Below, piece by piece: positions 57,252 through 64,000 of a DNA stretch of 64,000 nucleotides (position 1 is the stretch's first letter; each line of letters starts with the position of its first letter). The notes under the pieces are model-generated. The model made no database searches. It was given only the letters and a program-made list of their open reading frames with translations, and was not told the origin of the DNA. Source of the DNA: Blastochloris viridis. Lineage in GTDB: Bacteria > Pseudomonadota > Alphaproteobacteria > UBA2136 > UBA6156. Location of the stretch: contig VAFM01000002.1 in assembly GCA_005768725.1 (NCBI GenBank), positions 546,048 to 610,047 on the forward strand, written 5' to 3'. The position numbers and the translations under genes are program-made.

Positions 57252-59177
57252 ATGCGTACACCTGCACCATTTTGGAACTATATGGAATGGAAACGTATTT
57301 CCGGGCGATCGGGTAAGGCCGTTGGAGCGGCTGTTTTGGCATTGCAAATCTGTGTTGGCAGCGTTTATGCGCAATTCGATGGAACCGGCGGCATTCCCGC
57401 GGCTGACCTGTATCTATCACCTCTGCCGGAAACAGGTCTTCGTGTTCCGCCGAGTGGAGCTATCAATATTACCCCAGCTTTAAATCCCGAAGAAGCGATG
57501 GGTGATCGAACTCCTGTTATGACCGGTGAAGCCGCAAAGGTAGGAGACGTGACGAATACGCTTGGTTGCGCTGGTATCGGTCAGGGTGAGTTTACCAGCG
57601 GTTTGTACAATATGCCGGAGACCTATCTGAAATTCCAGCAGGATGTGAACTCGACCCTCTCGAAGAACTTGCTCTCCCTCAACTTCGTCATGCCGCAAAC
57701 CTCGGCGCTGTTTGAGCAGTTGAACAATATCGGTAACCAGCGTTATGACCAGTTCCAGCGCGCCTGTAACGTCACTCAGCTTCAGCAGGATGCCAAACAG
57801 ACCTACATGCAGGCCTGTGTGGAAAAGCTGACGCCTGAGCGCAAAAAGCTGATCGAAGAAGACAATAACAAACGTCCTCAAAATGCGCGGATTCCCGAGG
57901 CACAGATCGGCCCGATGGCCTATGCCCAGGCGTGGGAAGTCTGTGGCAACCAGTACACGAGTAATACAACGGCATTGGACGTACGCAATACCAAGCTTAC
58001 GGATTTCTATACAAAAACACGTGAACTGGAACGTGTGAACGATGCTGTTGCACCGCTGCTGTGCCAACTGACCAACTCTCAGAAGGCGTCCGATGATATT
58101 GCTGGCTGCTGGAGTCAATTCCTGATTCCGCAAGTCCGCATCTGTCTTGGGAATGATCTGGAAGGCGGCTGCACCGATGGTAACTATGGCGTTAAAGAGC
58201 CGATTATCACGATGCAGCGTCTATTCGATACCATGCGCTTTGTTATGGAAGATGAAGTGATCGCACGTCGCGTTATCAGTTTTACCACCCAGTTGGATCA
58301 AAAAAATATAGGACCCTCTGCACGTCGCCTTGCAGCGGCAGAGGCCTCGCTGGCAATGAGCACAGCTACATTGTTCCGCGGTGTGAGTGGCACGACATCG
58401 ACGGGTTCAGATATTCCCTCCATGCCTCTTAATACAGTGCAGGATTATCAGCTTGGCTACCTCAGTTGTAAACAGAATGATATTCTTATTCCTTTGAAGG
58501 AATATCAGAACCGCATTAAAGAAAAAGCCGGATCGGGTGTCGAAATTAAGGATATAGAAGAGCTTTTAGAACCCGCCTACGAACAGGTGGTAAAGAGGAT
58601 GAAGCTGCCCAGTATGTCGGGTAAGAACAGTGGTGCAGCGGGCGCAGAATCGGGTGGTGGTGATGTTAATGATGAAAAGGATGTGAAGGCGGTAGGTGCT
58701 CTTCTCAAAACGGCTATTGGTTGTACGGCCAACCAGTCCATTCCGATTTTTGACCCGAATATCACTGCGGCTCTTCAAACCCAATGCAGTGCGCAAGACC
58801 GCTCCGCTTTCTATACCATGGCCGGTTACGATGTCGCCTTAACTGCTACGCGCGATGTCTACCGCTACACAGGCCTCAAGCTGAAGCAGGTCTATGCCCG
58901 CCTGCTGACGGAAGCGATGGTACCGGTCTCTGATACGACGAATACATCTGTCAGCCCGACCCTTAGCCCGGAACTGAACGCCAAGTTCGCCACGGTCGTG
59001 AAGGATGTCATGATTCCGTACGTGGATGCCCAAATCCAGCGTCTGGATGAACTGAACACCACGCGCGGTGTCTTTGGTCAGCGTGTCCGGGAAATTTATA
59101 ACAATAAGAGTGGATGTATGTCGCAGCCTGCAGGGTTCGTTCTGCCAAATGGCAGACCCGCGACATTTCGTCCGTAG
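57252..59177 (+). CDS. large secreted Cys-containing protein (641 aa), possible T4SS periplasmic component (TraH/TraN-like?); lower-GC gene
   Basis: Signal peptide GAAVLALQICVGSVYAQ; ~18 Cys; AT-richer codon usage than neighbours. Alternative start at 57282 (MEWKR). Confidence 0.45.
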   Translation: MRTPAPFWNYMEWKRISGRSGKAVGAAVLALQICVGSVYAQFDGTGGIPAADLYLSPLPETGLRVPPSGAINITPALNPEEAMGDRTPVMTGEAAKVGDVTNTLGCAGIGQGEFTSGLYNMPETYLKFQQDVNSTLSKNLLSLNFVMPQTSALFEQLNNIGNQRYDQFQRACNVTQLQQDAKQTYMQACVEKLTPERKKLIEEDNNKRPQNARIPEAQIGPMAYAQAWEVCGNQYTSNTTALDVRNTKLTDFYTKTRELERVNDAVAPLLCQLTNSQKASDDIAGCWSQFLIPQVRICLGNDLEGGCTDGNYGVKEPIITMQRLFDTMRFVMEDEVIARRVISFTTQLDQKNIGPSARRLAAAEASLAMSTATLFRGVSGTTSTGSDIPSMPLNTVQDYQLGYLSCKQNDILIPLKEYQNRIKEKAGSGVEIKDIEELLEPAYEQVVKRMKLPSMSGKNSGAAGAESGGGDVNDEKDVKAVGALLKTAIGCTANQSIPIFDPNITAALQTQCSAQDRSAFYTMAGYDVALTATRDVYRYTGLKLKQVYARLLTEAMVPVSDTTNTSVSPTLSPELNAKFATVVKDVMIPYVDAQIQRLDELNTTRGVFGQRVREIYNNKSGCMSQPAGFVLPNGRPATFRP

Positions 59178-59294
59178 GCGCGCAAGCCGCTCGTTCTTTC
59201 ACCAACTTGTTTCCCTGCAACACCGGATAACAGCTGACACTCTGTAAAAACGCGGGCATTATCGGCCCAAGGTGTAACAGGGGAACAATAAGTC

Positions 59295-61496
59295 GTGTCC
59301 GATATGCAGCATGTGATGGCGGGGGAGGGGCCGCAGATACTTCCGGTTCTCGCCGGCTGCTGGGATCTACGCCTAGGCTATCACCCGTCCCTGAAACAGC
59401 AATTGCCGATGCTGGCCGACCTTCCGGTGTTGGAATCGGTTGAGGCGCAGCAGTTGGCAGAGCTGGAGCTTCCCGTCGCGCTTGCAACCACCGGTCACCA
59501 CCTGATGAAGGATGCGGCTCTGCTTGCCGCTGCCATGCCGCAGGGGGGTATGGTCGAAGCGGCGGATGTCTATCCGTTGGCGCCGGTCTTTGTGCGCGAC
59601 CTCTGCGGTCGTCCCATCCATACCGGTCTTGTTCCGCTGCCTGCCGCACCGTCGGTACCCCTCTTTCCTACAGGTTGCCGTCATGTCCCGAAGGATCATC
59701 CGGCCTATGCGCATCTCGAAAGCCTGATCTGGCAGACGCTGCGCCGTATCGAATGCGCGCCGGTGCGTCCCGATGCCGCAGGGCTTGCAGGGCAGCCTGA
59801 ACTGAGTTTGCGGGCCGCCATTGCCCAACCGCAAGCGTATGCTTTCAAGCTTCGCCCGGACACGTTTTACGCCGATGGCTGGCGCTTGCCGGTGGTGCCG
59901 CGCGTGTTTGCCGTGCCGGTGCAGCCGGTGCAGGCGCAGGCAGCGGCCGACGAACTTCTGGCGCGCTGGCAGCAGCGTCCGGAAGGGCAGGATTACGAAG
60001 CCTTTTACGACGCCAACAATGGTGAGATCTGGTTTGAAGAGCTGTTCGAGCGCGGCTGTACGGTGATCCCGACCCTGGAGGCCTACAATGGCCGCTATCA
60101 TATCGGGGCCGATTACGTGGCGACGGCGGTCGATCCGGGCCGCGCTCTGCCGGGGTTGCATGAGGTTGTCGGGCGTGAGCCGTCGGAATATGCCGCAGGT
60201 ACGATTCTTGAAGTCAAAGCCCCGGGCTGGGTGACGGCGACCACGGTGCACAAGGCGCAGGTGGTTGTGAGTGATGGCAGTGCATTCGTTGCAGCCGATG
60301 CCCCGCTGCCGCAGTTGCCAGACTTGGCGCTGCCGCACGCGCGGGTGGGGGGCAAGGTGGGCGATGTCTGGCTGCCGACACATCCCGAACACTTTGCCGA
60401 ACCGGCCTTGTACGACTGGAACGAGATGGGGCATTTTGTCCAGATCTCAGGCCCGCTCTGGGATCCTCTCCATTATGTTTATACCAGCACGGCACCGCTT
60501 CTGCGGGCGCTGCGCAAACCGCACCCGGTGGTGGCAGGCGCCTATGTGCTGCCGGAATCCGTCAAGCTGCGCTTCCATCCGCTGGCGCAACTGACGTGGT
60601 ACGACGCCTACAACGAGCGGACCGCCCAGCAGCGCATGCAGGATCCGGCCCACCCCTTGTACGGCAGTGCCATCGACATGGTGCCGCTGATGCGCGAAGT
60701 GGCGCCCGCCGGGTATCACCGTCTGCCGTGGGGGTTGGAATATGAATTGGACCCAGCCCATCTGCCAGCGCTGCATCCGCGTCATCGTGCGGTGGTCTAT
60801 CCAGAAGTTTTGGCTGGTCGTCGCATGGGTATTGCCACATTAAGCGATGCCGACAGCTACCGTACGCACGACACGGTGGTAACCGAAGCGATGCGGGATG
60901 TATTGGCGCATGCGTGTACGGCTCCGTTTGAGGAAGCTGTTTGCGACATCCATGCCACACTGCTTCCTGCCGAATTGCTGGCGCAGCCGGAACCGCACAT
61001 GCGGGCCGTGCCGGTCTGGTTGCCTGAAATTTCAGCCAGCCATCTCGCGGTAAATATCAAGAGAATTTTCGCAGCACGGCGCTATCGGCAGGCGGTACAA
61101 GAGCAGTCGGTCCGCTGGGGACAGTCTGGTTTTCCGGCGGCCTTCTACCAATTCCGAGAGTCAGCGCTGGCTTGGCGCCGCTTGCGTTACCGCCTGTTTG
61201 GCAAGTATGCCTCGGTCTGGCAGCAGGCTGCGGCAGAAGGTTTGGATCTTACCGCGGCTGAACTTCTGGTGCCGGAGTCCGATCCGGTGCGTCATGCGCA
61301 GGTGCAGCACGCGCGTGCCAGCGGGCTGGGAGTGGTTGCAGAGGTGCCTCTCCAGAGGGCGGATGGTTTGCCTTCCTCTGCGGCACAGGGTAAGCTCACG
61401 CAAGCTGAGCGGCCTAAGCCCCCACGGGCGCTGGACAAGGCCTCGCACAAGGTGCGGCAGGGTCGCGCGCAAACCGATAACAACGGCATGGAATAA
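59295..61496 (+). CDS. large cytoplasmic hypothetical protein (733 aa); GTG start
   Basis: Long ORF with consistent codon usage; no recognisable motif; Trp/His-rich. Confidence 0.45.
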   Translation: MSDMQHVMAGEGPQILPVLAGCWDLRLGYHPSLKQQLPMLADLPVLESVEAQQLAELELPVALATTGHHLMKDAALLAAAMPQGGMVEAADVYPLAPVFVRDLCGRPIHTGLVPLPAAPSVPLFPTGCRHVPKDHPAYAHLESLIWQTLRRIECAPVRPDAAGLAGQPELSLRAAIAQPQAYAFKLRPDTFYADGWRLPVVPRVFAVPVQPVQAQAAADELLARWQQRPEGQDYEAFYDANNGEIWFEELFERGCTVIPTLEAYNGRYHIGADYVATAVDPGRALPGLHEVVGREPSEYAAGTILEVKAPGWVTATTVHKAQVVVSDGSAFVAADAPLPQLPDLALPHARVGGKVGDVWLPTHPEHFAEPALYDWNEMGHFVQISGPLWDPLHYVYTSTAPLLRALRKPHPVVAGAYVLPESVKLRFHPLAQLTWYDAYNERTAQQRMQDPAHPLYGSAIDMVPLMREVAPAGYHRLPWGLEYELDPAHLPALHPRHRAVVYPEVLAGRRMGIATLSDADSYRTHDTVVTEAMRDVLAHACTAPFEEAVCDIHATLLPAELLAQPEPHMRAVPVWLPEISASHLAVNIKRIFAARRYRQAVQEQSVRWGQSGFPAAFYQFRESALAWRRLRYRLFGKYASVWQQAAAEGLDLTAAELLVPESDPVRHAQVQHARASGLGVVAEVPLQRADGLPSSAAQGKLTQAERPKPPRALDKASHKVRQGRAQTDNNGME

Positions 61497-61502
61497 CCGA
61501 AG

Positions 61503-62954
61503 ATGGCGTCCGAAAACTCACCCGATTACATCGCCCGTCCGGGCGCCGGTGGCAAGCCGGAAGGTGGCACGTCGCAAGCCTCTGACGCACTGCAGCGTTT
61601 CCGCGCATTGCCGCCCAAGCTGCAGGGTGCCATTCTCATCGGTGCGCTGATTCTGGTGTTCTACGTCATTTCCACCCTGCGCGGCGGCGGTGCGTCTACG
61701 CAGCGCAGCGTTGTCAATCTGGGGCAGACCAATAACCGCACCGGCCAGGTCAGTGCGACTTTCACAGGTATCGAAACCGACCGTCCGGCCGTGATGCAGG
61801 CGGTGTTCGAGCAGAACCGTCGTGATATGGCCGAACTGCGTTCCAAGATCGAAAGCGATTTCAGCATCCGCGACAAAGCCCTGCAGGATGCTATCACCCA
61901 AAACCAGGAACTGCAGCGCCAAATGCAGCAGATGATGGGCGACTTTACCACCGAGCTGAAGAGCATTCAGGTGGAGCGCGCCCGCGATAACGAGCGTCTG
62001 GCTCAACTGGCCGACCAGCAACGCCAGTTGGAACTGAATGCGCCGGTCAACGGCGTTGGTCAGGTCGGCGGCATTACGCCGCAGCGCCGTGCCATCCAGC
62101 AGGTTGTGCTGGGCGGCGGTGGCGGTGGTGTGATGGGAGCTGTCCGCGCCCCTTTCGCGCAGGCGGGGACGGGCTCTAACAAGTCGGACTCAGCGGGTCA
62201 GGCTGTCCGTAACCCCGCTGAAAAGGCGGCGGAAGAGCGCTTACCATTCATTCCGCCGCTGGGCTTTGTCCGTGCAACCATGCTGAACGGTGTTGATGCG
62301 CTGGTCGGTGGAACCACGACACCAGCTCTGGCCCGCCTGTCGGGAACCTACAAAACCGCCATGAACAGCACGATCTCGCTGGATGGCTGTATCGCCATGG
62401 TCGAATTTACCGGTAATATTTCCACCGAGCGCGCCACGGGTAAGCCGGTCCGCATGACGTGTGTCTACCCAGACGGCGGCGCCGCGACCTACAGTCTCTC
62501 TGGGTACGCGGTCGATGCCGAGGACGGTATTATTGGAATTCCCGGCGTTCTATATGAAGGCGACCCGAGCCGTATCGCGGCCGCCATGCTGGCCGAGTTT
62601 GCCGCCGGTGTCGCCGGTATCGTGGAAGACAACACCGGCAACAGCGTCACCCGCGTGAATACCGATGGTACAACGTCTACGTTCGAACTGCCGAGCAGTG
62701 CTGACTGGGCCGAGCAGATTGTCGGCGGGTCCGGCAAGGTGATGGGTTCGCTGCGTGATTATCTCCAGAAACGTGCCGACCGCGTTCAGTCGTTCATCCG
62801 TCTGGATGCCACGCGCGAAATCAATCTGGTGATCCTGAACGGTACCGAACTGCGCAAGTCCGGCGAAGTCTGGAGCGCGCTGTTCGACGGCAATACCGAC
62901 AGCGGCCTGCCGCAATCCAATTTACCCGCCGAGACATCCGGCGCAACGCAATAA
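61503..62954 (+). CDS. TraB/VirB10-family T4SS protein (TrbI-like C-terminal domain)
   Basis: Cytoplasmic N-terminus, one TM (LQGAILIGALILVFYVISTL), coiled coil, Gly-rich linker, C-terminal ...VRMTCVYPDGGAATYSLSGYAVDAEDGIIGIPGVLYEG... consistent with the VirB10/TraB beta-barrel domain. Confidence 0.55.
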   Translation: MASENSPDYIARPGAGGKPEGGTSQASDALQRFRALPPKLQGAILIGALILVFYVISTLRGGGASTQRSVVNLGQTNNRTGQVSATFTGIETDRPAVMQAVFEQNRRDMAELRSKIESDFSIRDKALQDAITQNQELQRQMQQMMGDFTTELKSIQVERARDNERLAQLADQQRQLELNAPVNGVGQVGGITPQRRAIQQVVLGGGGGGVMGAVRAPFAQAGTGSNKSDSAGQAVRNPAEKAAEERLPFIPPLGFVRATMLNGVDALVGGTTTPALARLSGTYKTAMNSTISLDGCIAMVEFTGNISTERATGKPVRMTCVYPDGGAATYSLSGYAVDAEDGIIGIPGVLYEGDPSRIAAAMLAEFAAGVAGIVEDNTGNSVTRVNTDGTTSTFELPSSADWAEQIVGGSGKVMGSLRDYLQKRADRVQSFIRLDATREINLVILNGTELRKSGEVWSALFDGNTDSGLPQSNLPAETSGATQ

Positions 62955-62969
62955 GGGGGAAGACAGATC

Positions 62970-63425
62970 ATGAAAACCTACCGTCTACCTGTAGCACTTC
63001 TGGGTGTGGTCGCCATGCTGGGCGGCTGTAAGTACTATGGCAGCGCCCTTCCGCCGGAGTACCCGATGAGCATGGAAGATGCCCTGACCTCGGCCAACGA
63101 CCAGCGCGCCAGCGCCGGCGGCAGCCAGCGTCCGGTGGTGCGTAATCCTACCCGCCCGCGCGTCGAGCGCCCAAGCTACCTGCCGGAAAAGGAACTGGCA
63201 CTTGTCAGCCCGCCCAAAACCCTGCTGGTCTGGACCTACCCGCACGTCACCGACGATAATACGCGCGTGTTCGGTAACTGGAGCACCATCTTCCTGACCG
63301 ACCGCTACGAATGGGCCCGCCCGAGCAACGAACTGCCGAGCAACGAAGACGATGCTGGCACCGCAGCCGGTCGTCCGTCGCTGGGCATGGCGCCGCAGAA
63401 CGGCGCGGCCGCCCCCACGCCCTAA
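62970..63425 (+). CDS. small lipoprotein, TraV-like by size and position after the TraB-like gene
   Basis: RBS aagggggaag; signal plus LGGC lipobox; 151 aa; Pro-rich. Confidence 0.35.
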   Translation: MKTYRLPVALLGVVAMLGGCKYYGSALPPEYPMSMEDALTSANDQRASAGGSQRPVVRNPTRPRVERPSYLPEKELALVSPPKTLLVWTYPHVTDDNTRVFGNWSTIFLTDRYEWARPSNELPSNEDDAGTAAGRPSLGMAPQNGAAAPTP

Positions 63426-63486
63426 ACGCGTGTAAGGCAACTGGCACACAAACAAGAATATCGGCAAGAATAACGGCACACCACGT

Positions 63487-64000
63487 ATGGACCACAAAAA
63501 TACCTATACGCCGCCCCGCCCGGACCAGCTGGCCGAGCAACTGCCGTATTTCGAGTTTAATGAGGATGAGTCCTCGCAGTTCTACCGCTTCCACCTGCTG
63601 AAGGATGGTGGTTTGGGCATCTGCTGGAAATGCCCGGTTCCTGCAAGTTATTCGTACGATGACGGCTACGGCTCCACGACCAACGAATTCCGCACGTTCC
63701 TCGAAAGCATACCGACCGATTACGAAGCACAGATTTCGATCCTGTCGCACAACAACCTCGTCAAACCGCTGCAGAACTATCTGGAAGCCACCCCGAATCT
63801 GGAGCGTGCCCGTCTGCTGCGCCAGTCGCGCGCCGAAAAGATCCGCGACTCCGGCCATCGGGGCTATGCCACATCCGAGCGCGGGTTTACCCGTCTGCGT
63901 GAATCGTACATGGTCATCAGCCTGCGTTGCCCGGAAACCGTTGAACGCTATGGTCTTCTCAAGGGCGCGATCGAAATGACCTATCAGGCCCTGGCGTTGA
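63487..64000 (+). CDS. partial ORF at the window edge (5' part only); possibly the next T4SS component, e.g. the N-terminus of a TraC/VirB4-like ATPase
   Basis: Open reading frame running to the end of the window; no diagnostic motif within the available 171 aa. Confidence 0.3.
   Translation, partial: MDHKNTYTPPRPDQLAEQLPYFEFNEDESSQFYRFHLLKDGGLGICWKCPVPASYSYDDGYGSTTNEFRTFLESIPTDYEAQISILSHNNLVKPLQNYLEATPNLERARLLRQSRAEKIRDSGHRGYATSERGFTRLRESYMVISLRCPETVERYGLLKGAIEMTYQALAL

Overview
High-GC (~60-65%) proteobacterial chromosome segment, most likely alphaproteobacterial judging by gene order. No rRNA, tRNA or CRISPR array was found by eye.

The first ~23.5 kb is an origin-proximal housekeeping region. 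It carries a long-form ddl beside an alpha/beta-hydrolase and a membrane-anchored Mur-ligase-like gene, then mnmG(gidA)-rsmG(gidB)-parA-parB, an outer-membrane porin, a DUF3576 lipoprotein, leuS-lptE-holA, an lpoA-like/yraN/BON-domain group, a 700-bp AT-rich non-coding region, and hemW-rdgB-rph on the minus strand. Many clean rho-independent terminators are visible.

From ~23.5 kb to the window end (more than 40 kb) the content changes to what looks like a horizontally acquired island with patches of lower GC. It contains:
- a peroxiredoxin, YggT and a CPYC thioredoxin-fold periplasmic protein;
- a soluble coupling-protein (T4CP)-like ATPase flanked by small membrane proteins;
- a complete type IVb-pilus/T2SS-like assembly cluster: TcpQ-like periplasmic protein, lipoprotein secretin, GspE ATPase, GspF platform, three bitopic/periplasmic accessory proteins, a 366-aa type IV prepilin, a prepilin-peptidase N-domain-only ORF, and two coiled-coil lipoproteins with TcpQ/STN-like C-terminal domains;
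- F/MPF_G-like T4SS genes: two tandem TrbC/VirB2-like pilins, TraL-like, TraE/VirB8-like, TraK-like, a lytic transglycosylase, and further downstream TraB/VirB10-like, a TraV-like lipoprotein and a partial ORF at the window edge;
- about 10 kb of unusual cargo inserted between those T4SS genes: a UvrD-like helicase with a degenerate motif II, two tandem paralogous cysteine-rich secreted proteins, a sigma-70-like/ParB-like fusion protein with a lysine/alanine-rich N-terminal tail, a 641-aa secreted protein and a 733-aa orphan.

The sigma-ParB fusion, the divergently transcribed Cys-rich pair with a nested palindrome in their shared promoter, and the hybrid T4bP/T4SS island as a whole are the best candidates for a previously undescribed system. 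All calls rest on motif-level reading of the supplied translations; no database search was run.
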